Part shown: in pieces, positions 48,887 to 61,419 of the stretch
Layout of the letters: every line of letters starts with the position of its first letter
How positions within the stretch are numbered: the first letter of the stretch is position 1
Source: Monosiga brevicollis MX1
Lineage: Eukaryota
Assembly (NCBI RefSeq): GCF_000002865.3
Contig: NW_001865050.1
Span: 66,429-130,428 of the forward strand
Direction: 5' to 3'
DNA: 64,000 nucleotides
The notes under the pieces: model-generated
Databases searched by the model: none
What the model was told of the DNA's origin: nothing
What the model saw: the letters and a program-made list of their open reading frames with translations, nothing else
Made by a program: the position numbers and the translations under genes

Positions 48887-51211
48887 ATGGACTCGGATGA
48901 CGACTTGGTCTCCTCGGGCACTGAGGTATGGTCTTTTTGCATGGGCCATCTGCGCGTGTGGGAGAGTGTGCACTGTCTGTGTGCGGATTTTGCCGGATTT
49001 TGCTTGTTTGGAAAGCGCTGCGTCCCCTTCGGCTCCCGACGGCCCCTGGATGATGTACCATCTGGTTTAACTTGTGCGCTGCATGCCATGCCTCCCCAGA
49101 TGGACGACGAGTACGAGTCGGACCTGGGGTCGGACGAAGGCGACGGTGACGAAGCCTTGGCCATGGATTCAGAGACAGAAGAGGTGCACGAGGCCAAGGT
49201 CGATGTCTTGACTCCCACCGAGCTCCTCAGCGCTCAATTCCAAGCCATTGAGGAAGTCAATTCCATCTTCCAAATCCCGGCCGCCACGGCCCGTCACCTC
49301 CTCGCGCATTTCAACTGGAACAAAGAGCGCTTGCTGGAACGGTCAGTCAAGTTTTGTTTTGCGTCTCGCTTCTCGACCCTTTTGCGCTGCTTTTACAGCG
49401 CATGAGTGTCATGCGATGGCTCGCTCAAAAGCTCAAATTTTCTTTCATTTGTCTTTCTCCTGCCTCCTTCGCCAGATACTACAGTGATGGCGACCCCGAC
49501 CGTCTGTATGCGGAGGCACACTGTGTCAAGCCAGAAAACATCCAGACCAATTTGGTGACCGAATGTGGCATTTGCTGCGGGGACATTCAACCCGATGAAT
49601 CGGTGCAGTTACCCTGTGGCCATCCCTTTTGCCAATCATGCTGGGCCGCCTATTTTCGCGAGAAGGTCATGAATCAAGGCACTACGGTATGCTCTTTCTT
49701 GCCCAACCTCCTCTCTGTCGCCTCGGCATTTGCTCAATTCTTCTGTTGGCCTACAGGATATTGCTTGCATGGAGTACACTTGTGATGTTTTGGTGGATGA
49801 ATACACCGTATCGTACGTTGTCGCCTTCCTATTTGACAGAAAACCTTACCCCTCCCGTAACCCTAGGGCCTTTGCCAATGTTCCTTTGGACCACACCATT
49901 GCCTTTGATGGCTTTCTACTTTTTCAGCAATTAGTCATTGTGCTTGTGCGTGTTCATTTTTGATGGGGTGCGAGCAGAAAGTTGTTGAAGGATGATCAGG
50001 AGACGCTGGCTCGATACAATTACTTGGTGGCCAAGGCATTCGTCAAGCACAACAAGAAAATTCAATGGTGCCCAGCCGTCAATTGCACCTATGCATTGCG
50101 TTTAGAACTTCCGCGGGCTCAGCCCGTCACCTGCAAATGTGGTACCACATTCTGCTTCAAGTGTCAGCAAGAATGGCACGCCCCTCTCAAGTATGTGCCC
50201 CAAACCCTCCCGTCTAGCTTGCCCGTTTCCTCTTGCCGGCTTCGTGTTATCAGCAACCATCGAGTCTGACGCTTGAACTTGGCCGGCTGTAGGTGCACCA
50301 TGCTGGGCCGGTGGCTCAAAAAATGTGCTGACGACTCGGAAACCTCCAACTGGCTCTCCTCGCATACCAAGGAATGCCCCAAGTGCCATGCCACCATTGA
50401 GAAGAATGGCGGCTGCAACCACATGACGTGCCAGGAGTGTCGTCATGAGTTTTGCTGGCAATGCATGGGCGACTGGGCCCCCCACGGCTCATCGTGGTAT
50501 CAGTGCAACCGATTTGACGAGCAAGATGCCAAGGACGCCCGTGCCCGTGCCCTCGACTCGCGTGCCTCCCTTGATCGCTACCTCTTTTACTTTCATCGAT
50601 TTGCCAATCACGACCACAGCAGCAAGCTTGAACATAAGCTGTGGCAGCTGGTCGAGCACAAGCAGCGCGAGATGCAAAAGGCCAACTTTACCTGGATCGA
50701 AGTGCAGGTGGGCATTGCTTCAATCTTTATTTTTTTTTTTTCTCCTGTTTGTCCCACCCCTCTTTGTTCGTCCTTCTCTATGATATTTGTACTTGTCCAA
50801 GTCTCGACACCCCGAATCCGCCCAGCTACGATCCTCATGTTGATGGCTTTGTTTCTTTCTTCCTCTTGGTCTTAGTTCCTGGGCAAGGCAGTCGAGTCAC
50901 TGCAACGAGCTCGCAGCGTGCTCAAGTTCACTTATGTCTTTGCTTACTACCTGGCCAAAAACAACCAGTGTGAGATTTTCGAGTCCAACCAGAGAGACTT
51001 GGAAATGGCCACCGAACGCCTTTCTGGTTTCCTCGAGGGCGAAGCCACCGACATTGACCTGAGCAAGCTGCGTCTGGAAGTCATGGACCTCAGCAACTAT
51101 TGTGATCGCCGCTACGACGTGCTGTTGGACCACGTGCAAGAAGGCTACGAAAAGGGCTTGTGGGAGTACAACGATGAAGACATGCGGACCGCCATGGCCA
51201 CCGAGTCGTAA
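48887..51211 (+). CDS. ARIH1: Ariadne-family RBR E3 ubiquitin ligase
   Basis: Acidic N-terminus; [21 protein letters not shown]1 CGICC...[20 protein letters not shown]...[11 protein letters not shown]...WHAP; RING2 [22 protein letters not shown]; Ariadne domain RYLFY..RF.NH, FE.NQ.DLE.ATE.LS. Confidence 0.95.
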
Positions 51212-51816
51212 TCTCATCTCGGCTTGAAACCACAAGACTCTTAGACAGACGCACCTGTATATTGCCGAGTCTGTGCTGCGCCCGCGTCTCCCACCATTCT
51301 TGTTCTTGCGGTGTTGCCTGGCCGTGCCACGCCTCGCAAGAACTTGGCTGCGGTTTTTCACTGTTTTCGTAGTGCACTGCTCGCGTTGAGACTTGACCGT
51401 ATAAAGCTTGCGCTGTTGCTTCCGCACCAAGTGTTTTTTTTTTTCCCCTTCATTATATTCCACGCTTGCTCTGCCCACTTGCTAGTGCGTTAAAGCCCAA
51501 GCAAGTGAGCGAGAGGCTTGTCTTTTGAGAACAATCGAAAAAAAAAATCTTGTGTTTGGCTTTGTCGACATCCTGAATGTTGTTGCTAGATTTCGTCGAA
51601 ACTGAAGAAGGACGAGAAGAGACATAGGGGAGGAGCGGGGACACAAAACGGCACAGCCAAATTCCCCAAAACAAGCATGCAAGGAAGCCAGAAAAAAAAA
51701 AGAAACATGGGCCTAAATCGTGTCATCATGTCTGACACGACCACCCGACAATCAAACCACCATCATGATGCCCACGGAACTCGCTCAGGCTGGCTTGAGC
51801 AAGAAGAGTTAGGCAT

Positions 51817-54800
51817 CTACTCGTTCATCCACGACAGATCCTCACCAACGACATCCTCCTCGATATCATCATCGTCTGACATGTTGTCAATGTCCTCCCG
51901 CAACTCCTGCTTGCTCCTACGCGCCAAAACAAGAGGGATGCAGGACAACCAAATGAGAATTTGTCACGGTGCTTCAAGCACGGTTATTTGTACCAAAACG
52001 CAACGCGGGACAAAAAAGCGGAAGCGTGGATCGTACTTTTTCGTGGGGAGTTCGCGAGCTAAAGCGGGGGCATCTGCCGCCGCACGTTTAGCACGAGCAG
52101 CTTTCTTGTCGGCCCCTGCCGCTTCTTTGCCAGCTGCACCCTTTTTGGTGACGACCGGCTCGTCCGATTGCAAATAGCGCTGCTCTGCCTGTTGCTGCAA
52201 AAGCTGTCGGCGTTGCTGGACGATCTTTTGCCAAGACGTGCGGTACTTGAGCAGGGGGCTGCCATTGGAGGAGCGAAGCTGCTGCTCCAGCGTCAAAATT
52301 TGTTGTGTGTCCTTGGGGCTGAACGTAACATTTTGACGGGAGCGAGTGACCCAGGCCTTGTTCTCCTCAAGCTTGCTGACGAGTTGGCTCAGGGTCTGGC
52401 GTACTTCGCCATTGCGAGCTTTTTTCATGCATCGCTTGAGCGCCACCTGGCAGGGCACAATCAGCTCTGGAAATCCGATCTTGGTTGCGTGAATAGCGAA
52501 AAAGTCCAAGAGTACCTCTTGCATCTGCTCGACCACAGCCTTCTGAAACTGTTGCGTGCCAAGATTGGTCTTTGAGACCTTGAGGAGCACATCCATGTTC
52601 AGGGGCCGACCCGTCGAAGGCTTGGGCTTGCGGCCCATGTCGGAAGACTCCAAAACGTCCATGGCTGCAAAAGCCACGGGCACAAACACGCCCGACCACT
52701 CTGACAGCAGGTTGAGGGTTTTGAGGCAATGGAAGCGCAAGGGAAAGTAGCGGGAAGTCGGAATCAGGTGTACGACACCCAGCGTCACTTGGACCAAAGG
52801 ATAGACCAGGGAGGACATGATGTTGTCCTGACGCTGCTGAGGCGCCAGGTCTTCCAGGTGCCGACCCAGCACCTGGGCCCACAGGCGGAGGCAGTGCACA
52901 AAAGGCCAGCAGTACACTTGCTGCAGATTTTCACGTTTCTTGTGCACAATGGCATTGCGAAGATGCACGGCCAGCTGGCGAATGTACACAAAGGCGTGCT
53001 TGTACGCCAGTTGTGTATTGAGTGTGTAGAGCTCACAAACTGCGATGAGTTCCACCAAACAAAGCCAACAATATGAGCAGGATTTCGAAGCTTAGACCTG
53101 TCTGAAGCGAGGCACACTTGTGGTGTGCACATACCGGCATTGCGCATGAGCGAGATTTTGGGCAGGGAAATGACGGTGGTAAAGCGCGCCGACTTGACAA
53201 AGCTCAAGTACACGCCCTGGAAGCGAGTTGCCGTGCAAAACACGTGTGGTTAGGGTCAAAAAAAGAATAATAATTAAAAAAATAAAAAATAAAATAAAAA
53301 ATAAAATAAAATAAAGCCCGACGCAATCAAAAATAGGGGCGAGCCGTCCAAGCACACCTTGAGCGCAATTTCCATAAAGCTGTCATCCGATACCAGGATG
53401 AGGGCACGCATGCAGAGAAAAGTGACCACTGTCAGCTTTTCGTTACCAGCCGTGAAGAGCGGGAAGAACTGCTTTAGCAGCTGGCGGGCGAGCTTGGGAA
53501 AACCTGAGCGGGGAAACAAGACAGGCCACATCAATCGTGCGCATGTGGCAAAACTGTTTTTTGCGTGGGAGGCAAGCACCAGGGTTGGGCACGCGTACAG
53601 GCAATGTAGTGCATGAAGGGCACCAGCATCTGGAGAATGGCGCCGAGAGCGGCATGGTCTTGCGACTGAGGCAACAAGTGCAGAATGCCTTGGCAAAAGT
53701 ACTTGACATGTGATCTGACGAGGCGCCAGTTCTTGCGCTGCGCCGGCACACGGCTGTACAAGAGTCAAAAAGGAAGCAGAGCATTATCGAAAGGTATGAT
53801 TAGCTGGCGGGGTTTTGGGTAGTCGGAGTAGACATGAAGAGTCGGGGCACCACGTACTGTTGGGCTTTGCCCTTGGCGGGCAGGAGGCGATCGAGCATGC
53901 GCGGGACCTCAGCGAGCGCAAGCTGGACCATTTCGCTGTAGGCTACCAGAAGAGAACGATCGAAAACATAAGCGAAGAGGCAACGAATGGCAAGCCATGA
54001 CCTCAGCGCAAGAGATAGGCGAGGAGTGCAGCAGATAACGCAAACAAAAAAGGGGCCAGCCGAAACCCACCGCGGCTCGAGCTGATGGTGTAACGGAGAG
54101 TGACAGGGGGACCCTTCGTGTCGGCGTCGGCGTTGTCGGCCTCAAAGCCATACGCAGCTGCAAGGAAGCCTTGAATCACGTGCTTCAGGGCTCCAGCGGG
54201 TTTCTAGGCACGGCATCCGAATGATGGTTGACAACATGAGTTTGCCGTGTGTATCATATCACTCTGCGCACCCCAAGTCGCACATCGCCACACATGCGCG
54301 TGCGCACAAACATGGTTTTGCTCTGCTTGTGTTTTGGTTTTGCTTTGCTCATCTGTTTGTCTGTCAACGTAATAGGTTACGCACCGTTTTCAAGAGCTTG
54401 CCCCAGGCACGGATTTTCTTGACCGTGAGGGTTTCGCGGTCCGCAAGTGAGCGCCCGGACTTGGACTTTTTCGAGGATGAGCCCTCCTCGTCGCTATCAT
54501 CCAGAGGCTCAGCCTCATCATCCATCGCCTCTTCATCGTCTTCATCGTCGTCCTCACCAAAATTGAGGAGGTTTTGATCTTCGCTGTCCAAAAAGTCAAA
54601 AAACTCGGGCTGCGTCTCTTTGAGGCGCTGCAGTTGCGCCCGGTGCTGCTTGACCTCATCCTCAAGCTTATCCAAGCCAGCATCATCTGCATCCTCCCCC
54701 TCTTCGTCATCGTCATCGGCACCATCGGCCGTGTCGTCATCAGCCTCTTCTTCGTCGTCTTCGCCGGCCCGGTCGAGTGCGGCCAAGGCCCGATCATTGG

Positions 54801-55519
54801 CCTCCTCGTCCTCCTCGTCATCCGAATCCTCATTGGCATCGGCCTGTTCATTGTCGTCGTCGCTATCCTCGTTGGCAGAGAGCTCGTCCTGGCTCTCACC
54901 AGAGCCTTGGCTACCAGCATCGCTGTGGTCATCAGCCATTTCAAACTCCTGGTCCTGCTGGCCAGATGACGAGGTGCGCTCCTCCAAGAGGTCTTCCAAG
55001 CCGCTCTCCATAAACTGGGAAAAGTCCATGTCAGCCAAAGGCCTAGCATGATCCAAACCAAACGACGCAGCCATGACTGCGTGCGCAACCGACATGCGCA
55101 CTCCACAACGACACATGCTTGCGGTAGGTGTGTGCAACCGGCGAAACCGAGCCGAAAAGATGGTGCACAGGAGCGAGGTGCAGGGCAAGTGTCGGGCCAC
55201 AATCAACCTACCGGGCATCCGTCAATCCACGACCAGCCTGAGGACGTGGACCACCTTGCGTCCGCTCGGCGCGGCGTTCTAGCACAAGCAGGCGAGGTCT
55301 CGCTGCGTGTGAGCTGCGGTTTCGGGAGGGCCCGAGACGTGACTTTGCAAAGGCGGCAAGCACAAGCAGAGCCGACTTACCAAGATGTTTCTCCTTGCGA
55401 TCCTGGTTGACCTTGGCATTGTAGGCACGCTTCTGCTGGTTACGCCGCCGGTCGCCGATGACATCCTTGAGGCGGTTCTTTTGAAACTTGATGGTGCTCT
55501 TCTTTGTCTTGGCACCCAT
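51817..55519 (-). CDS. NOC2L: Nucleolar complex protein 2
   Basis: MGAKTKKSTIKFQKNRLK; acidic tract; LKETQPEFFDFL; AYKHAFVYIRQLAVHLRNA; VYCWPFVHCLRLW; YPLVQV; RYFPLRFH; IGFPEL. Confidence 0.93.
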
Positions 55520-55970
55520 CTCGTCGGTCTCGATGGGACTTGGTCCCTACACCCGACCTCCACTCGCACGCTCAACGACCACCACGCTAATAAATCCCCA
55601 CCCCTATCCGTCCGCAACCAGACTCTTATCGACGACCAAATCCCGCCCCGTCGCCCCACTCGGTGTCGCCGCAAAAGAAAAATCTCTCTCTCTCACACTC
55701 ACACACACACGACCACGTGAACTCTCGTGTGTGTGTGTGTGTGTGTTACGTTTGATGTACCATGTTATAATAATATTATACTTTATAAACATAACGATGT
55801 AGCGATGGATACGAGGGAAAGAGTCTTCGAAATACTTTTATTGTGGTTGAACACGCGTGGTCTCTTCATCTCGTGGGAGACTCGCACTTGTCAGCATTTT
55901 TGTATTGTTGACGACAGCAGTGACGAGGACTTGAGACCCCCCCTCGACGGCAAGAATGACGACCACGACA

Positions 55971-56956
55971 ATGGCAGTGGCTCTGGTGGCCCTGGTGGCT
56001 ATGATCGCTGTGCCCTCGGCCATGGCCAATGATCTGGCACGCGGTACGCATCTGGGACTGTGCGATTTGTTGTTGTTGTCGTCGTCGTCTTTTGTATTTT
56101 GTCTTTGTTATTGTTTTGCTTTTCTGCGATACATCTTGCACCGCGTTGCTCACTGGCAGGCCGGGGGGTGTTTTCAATTTAGGTTGGGGTGATGGCATCG
56201 CCTGGCGCTCGCTCGATGCGGGCCGCGCGGAGGCCTTGGAGACGGGTAAACCCATGATGGTCATCATCCACAAGAGCTGGTGTGGCGCCTGCAAGGGTCA
56301 GTCGCCGCTTCTGTTCCGTTCCGTCCCGTCCCGTCCTGATCAACTGGTTGTGACGTGGCTCAGAAGAAGAGGAGACAACGCCCCATTCATCGCCTGATCG
56401 TCCCTGCTTGGCTGCTTTCCCCACCCCTACCTCTCCGTTAGCCCTGCGCCCCAAGTTTGCGGCCAACGACGAAGTGGCCGAGCTGAGCGAAAAGTTTGTC
56501 ATGGTCAACCTCGAGGACAATGAGGAGCCCGACGACGCCGCCTTCCGCCCAGACGGTGGCTACATCCCTCGTATCATCTTCACCGGTATTGACGCCCATG
56601 ACTGCCACGCACCCGTGTTTCCAATCACTGTCCTTCATCAGCAATCCGTCACCAGCCATCCACTCACACAAACTCGTTGCCCGCTTGGTTTCAATAGACG
56701 CACAGGGAGAGGTGGTTGACTCGATCTACAACAGTGCCGGTTCGCCCAAGTACAAGGTGGGTGCAATGCAAAGCCGATCAGCTCACAGCACCACCGATGT
56801 CATTAGCGCTCGACGCTGACCCGCGCTCCCCGAGTTTTTTTATTTTTTTCTTTTCTTGGCCTCCTCACCATTCTCTCTTGTTGTTAGTATTACTACACGG
56901 ATGGCCAATCTGTGGCCGCCGGCATGAAGAGCGCCATCAAGCACTTCAACATCTAA
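55971..56956 (+). CDS. TXNDC12: Thioredoxin-domain protein 12 / ERp18 (AGR family PDI)
   Basis: Signal peptide; [51 protein letters not shown]. Ends KHFNI-TAA. Confidence 0.9.
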
Positions 56957-57294
56957 GTGGTATGGTAACTCTACCTTTTGCAGGAGAAATCAAATTGATT
57001 TCAGCCCTTCTTTTCTGTGCTCTGTGCTCTGTGCTCTGCTGAACTATCATGGGACCAAGTCAAACAACTCTTGATTCTCCTCCGGCTATGACTCCGGCTA
57101 TCGACTCTGGAAGATAAGAATAAATATTTCGATTCGACAGAAACCATCGAAGTCACGCGAGGCGTATGGCCGTGACGGGGCGCTGCAGCGGCGGACAGCA
57201 AGTATGGACATGGTAATATGGTACGGAATACGATGGTGGGGCTTGCGCACAGCGCCAAGGCTTGACTGGGGCACCATTCACGTTGGCTCTCCGA

Positions 57295-58542
57295 TTACGC
57301 CTGCTGGTGCACGTGCTGCGGGGTGATGGAGATGTGCATTTCATCCTCGTGCTGCATGAAAGCCAGCCATGCACATGGAAAAGGCAGGTGAGCGATGGTG
57401 ATGCGCCAACGGTTCCAAGCACACAAGGCAATGACAAGACTGTGGGGAGAGGGGCAACGTGGGCATGACTCACGCGCATCTTTTCGAGTTTGGCACGCGT
57501 CTCATCGGCGATTTGCTCACTCTCCTTCTTGAGCGTGTCGTTGAAGCCCTCATCCACATCCTCGGGAAGGAGCTCCGCAATCTCCTGTGTTTGTGCAAGG
57601 GAGAAAGAAAAAGAGTATAAGAGGACAGGGCAGATGAGAGATGCGAGACGAGTCAAGCACGGTTGACACTGCAGTACAAGAAAAGGGCCACGTCCAGCGC
57701 CAATTCGTCACGTACCGCGCACTCGCGAGCAGCCGCTGCGCCTTCTTCGTAGACGCGGGCCTTGATGCGGTAATATTCGAGCCAGGCCTTGCGCAGATCG
57801 CGGCGGCACTCCTTGAGCTCCTTGTCGCGCGCATTGGCATAGGCCTGCTCGGCCTCCTCCTTCTGGCGCTGCGCGTCACTGAACTTGGCCTCAGCCTTTG
57901 TGGTCTTGGACGGATCCTTGCCGCGAGCCTTCTCGAGCTCCTTCTCAGCGTGTTGCTCGTTCTTCTCGGCCTTGACAAACGCCTTGTGCAGATCGGACAC
58001 GTTCTTCTCAGCCGCTGCGCACATCCCGAGCATACATCCCAAACATAAGGCACGTGAGAGCACATGACGCACGTGAGAGCTTGGGGGCTGAAGGAGCGGG
58101 CTCGAGCACAACCAAGCAAGGTATTGTCAAGGCGAAAGAGGTCCCAGGCAGCATACCGAGCAGGCGGTTGGTGAATTCCTTCTTGTTGCGGAGGGCCGTG
58201 ACGAGCATGCCCTGGCACTGGTGCCACTCCTTTTCCAAAACAAGAAGGGATTTGGCCACGGAAGCGATGCCCTCATCGCCATGATCGTCGGCCCAGTAGC
58301 TGTACAGCTCATGTGCGTCCATGTCAGACTCCATCAAACCCTTGACGTGATCCTTACTGGCCTTCTCCTGTGCCACAGCCTGAGGACGCGATCAAGTCGG
58401 GCCACCGCAAGGGGTGAGAATAGCGCACAGGAGTGGTGTGGAATGTGCCAAGTGAAGAGATAGCATGATTGGGACATACGACACGGAGGTTCTTGTGACC
58501 AGAGACTTCGCCCTTGAGGGCGGCTGAAGTCTTGGAGAACAT
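57295..58542 (-). CDS. All-helical BAR-like protein, Pil1/Lsp1 (eisosome)-like, paralog A
   Basis: Spliced model: MFSKTSAALKGEVSGHKNLRV|AVAQEK...DAHELYSYWADDHGDEGIASVAKSLLVLEKE...AEKNV...GKDP...RRDLRKAWLEYY...CA|EIAELLPED...SEQIADETRAKLEKMR|HEDE...QQA*. Confidence 0.75.
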
Positions 58543-59764
58543 GATGAAGGTTGGTGGAAGAAGCAAACAAGGTGTGCAGATTCGCTCAAGTCGTGTGCAG
58601 TCGATGGCCCGTTGATGTACTGATGTAGCTGGTGATGCTGAAGCAGGTAATGTGAAAAATGCTACTCGGCAGCCGAGCAGGGTCGTGTGTATGAATCGCG
58701 GGCGACCGTGACTGAGCCTTGCCCACTTGGATCTGGGAGCAAGTGCCGGAAGGGTGGCTTGGAGCAGCAGTGCGCGTGCAATGGAATCAATGCACAAGCC
58801 TTCTTGGACCTCGCTCGCGCATGCATGAGCAGGAGAGGATTGTGTTATCCTCATCTTAAGCAACGCCACTGGCCTGGCTTAGACCGACACGGGCCTGGCG
58901 TGCATGTGGTGATCACTCCCCCATCATCACGCTTGGGCTTTGGGCCAAAAGAGAAGGACGATTGGAATCAGGTGCGTGACCTGCTTGCGACTGTGTCAGT
59001 CGTTGATCCCGGGTGATATACATGTACCGTGCTGCTGAGGTTTGAAAGAAGGCCCCTTGAGGGGAGACCCACGCACGAGCTGGGTTGATCGTTGTGCTTG
59101 TCCACGGATGTCATTCCCCCGGTCGTTGGGGTGACATCTTGCAGGCGCGAGCGAAAAGCTTACGCTTGCGCCTTGATGATAAGGTGGAATGCAGATGACA
59201 GATACAGACGGGTGAAGAGGATCACAGCCCCATGGTTAATCAACGCCCTCAACGTTCCCGATTCCACAAGCCTAGAAGGCGCCAGCTCGCCGCACAGACC
59301 CAGACCCGAGGAGTGTGCGGGCGCATTTGAAATCCCCATCCTGTTCTCTCGCTCTCTCTCTCTTTGAATTCTCTCTCTCTCTCTTCGTCTCTCTCTCAAA
59401 CATGGTCCGCAGTTTATTTCGTGCTGACATTTTTATTTCAAAAACTCTCTCTCTTGCACTCTCACACACACACACACACTCTCTCTCTCTCTTTCCGTGT
59501 CTGATCGGGCTTTCAGATGCAGAAGCAGATTGGGAAGGACTGCGGCGCACTGGACGCACGAGAGGGTGACTGTACGTGTTGTGGATTGAGAGGGTCGAGA
59601 ATCGGGTGGCACGTTATGTCACACAAACAAAATCACCAAGGTTGCCCTTCATACCAAGGTCCATCCTATTCCATTAACACGTTAACATTCGTAGGGTGGG
59701 GGTGGTGCATTGATCGGCAGGGCCTGCAACGACGTGCGCGTGCGTGCCCAACGCGTCAGCACTC

Positions 59765-61192
59765 TCATGAGACGAGGTACGCGCGCATAGCCGGGCCCAT
59801 CATACCCTCACTCTTCTGCCCACCCAATCATGCAACGTGGTCGTCCGGCGGGCACAAGCGCAAAGCTGACTCACCTGAATCTTATGTAGCAGGGTCAGGG
59901 TGTTATTAAATATGTGCTCGTTCAGCTCGCGCAGATGATCATCATATCCATCGTCCACGCTGTCCGGTAATGTGGCCACAATCTCCTGTCCGTGCCCATG
60001 CCAGGCCGCACACGATTGTAAGCAGAGGTGAGAAGATGAGAGAAGAGAAACACCCACACTTCACACAGTTAACCAAAGCTGCTATGAGACACGTACAGCA
60101 CAGTGCCGGGCCACAAGAGCACCCTCTTCATGCATGCGAGCCACGTGTTGGTAATACTCGAGCCACGTGGCTCGGAGCGCGCTGCGATTCGTTCGAGCAC
60201 CCGCAATGACAGCGCTCTGGTGTGTGGCCTCGGCCCCATCCCGCTGCTGAGTGGCCTAGCGGGCATCGCGGACCGTGACATGAGGTCGCCAACCCGTACC
60301 GAAGAGGGAGTTGGCATCAACTCACCTGGCGTAGCTTGGCATCTGCCCTTTCCTGCTGTTGCGGTGTACGGCCCAAAGCTTTGGCCGCCTCCTGTGCGTT
60401 GTTGTTGTTGTGACATGGCATGAGGTAGCGAGGAGGAGATCTTCAGAAGCATGCCGCTCAGTGCCCTGTCGTCAAAAATTATTTGACGCCTTGAACAACA
60501 CAACATCTGAGCGGCCGCTTGACAGTGCATTGCTTGGGCAAACTTACTCGGCTAGCCTGCAGCTCTTGGCGTCGCGCCTTGTCAACGGCCTTTTGTAGTT
60601 CAGTGATACGCCGCTCCGAGGCTAACAGACGCATGAGCCAGGTAGCCGCGGTGAGGGATCCCAGAGCGCTCTGTCGCTCAAAGCACGACCCAACGGAAAT
60701 GGCTCCACACCAAGGATCAACGAGGATGCCTCTTTTTTGGCCTTGAGCGCGCGGGCATGGCGGCCCTGACTCTTTTCCCACTCGCGCTCCAAGAGCACCA
60801 AAGACTGTAGCACGGCCGTCAAACCTGCCAAGATCGATTCGTCCCATATCTCAGGCTTAGAAAGGTGACACAGAAGCACAATCGCCAGCGAGCCAGTGCG
60901 AGTGACCAGGGAGAGGGAGATCGTACCTTCATCACTCCGACTGGCGGCCCAAGTGTAGTATGTCTCCAAGGCCTCGCGGTGTGAGCTGGCCAAACCCTTG
61001 GCGTGGTCCTTGGCCGATTTCTCATGAGCCACAGCCTGTGCCGCACACACACAACACACACCCCAGACCGTGACCTTGCCGCACAGGTGGACACACGCGG
61101 CAGAGAGACGAAGCGGCGCAAAGGCTCACCATGTGCAGATCCTTCTGACCATGCACCCGTCCTCGAAAGGACGCCGACGCTCTCGTCAACAT
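59765..61192 (-). CDS. BAR-like Pil1/Lsp1-like protein, paralog B (tandem duplicate of paralog A)
   Basis: MLTRASASFRGRVHGQKDLHM|AVAHEKSAKDHAKGL...YYTWAASRSDEG|LTAVLQSLVLLEREWEKSQG...RSALRATWLEYY..VARMHEEGA..ARHCA|EIVATLPDSVDDGY. Shares intron positions with paralog A. Last exon is tentative. Confidence 0.7.
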
Positions 61193-61378
61193 ATCAACAG
61201 CTCCTTCTCCTCACAACCCCCACACTGTTCTCTGCCCTCGAGGTTCACAGTCAACTTTGCAAAGCGTGCTTTGCAAATCCTGCCCGCCCCCTCAAGTGTG
61301 TACGTCCAGTTCAGTTCACGCAAAACCCGCAAGACAGCAATGGTTGGCTGCCGTTTGTGTGTGTGTAAATGTGTGTGT

Positions 61379-61419
<41 letters not shown>

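Noticed and set aside
56270..56297. Possible selenocysteine redox motif in the thioredoxin-like gene
   Set aside because: The codons are TGT GGC GCC TGC (CGAC); there is no in-frame TGA.
58560..59750. Spacer between the two BAR-like paralogs examined for a third copy or a mobile element
   Set aside because: No similarity to the paralog exons, no terminal repeats and no transposase motifs seen.
35498..61192. Idea that myosin I, the NPF protein and the BAR-like pair form a functional membrane-trafficking cluster
   Set aside because: They are interspersed with unrelated housekeeping genes; proximity alone is not evidence in a eukaryotic genome.
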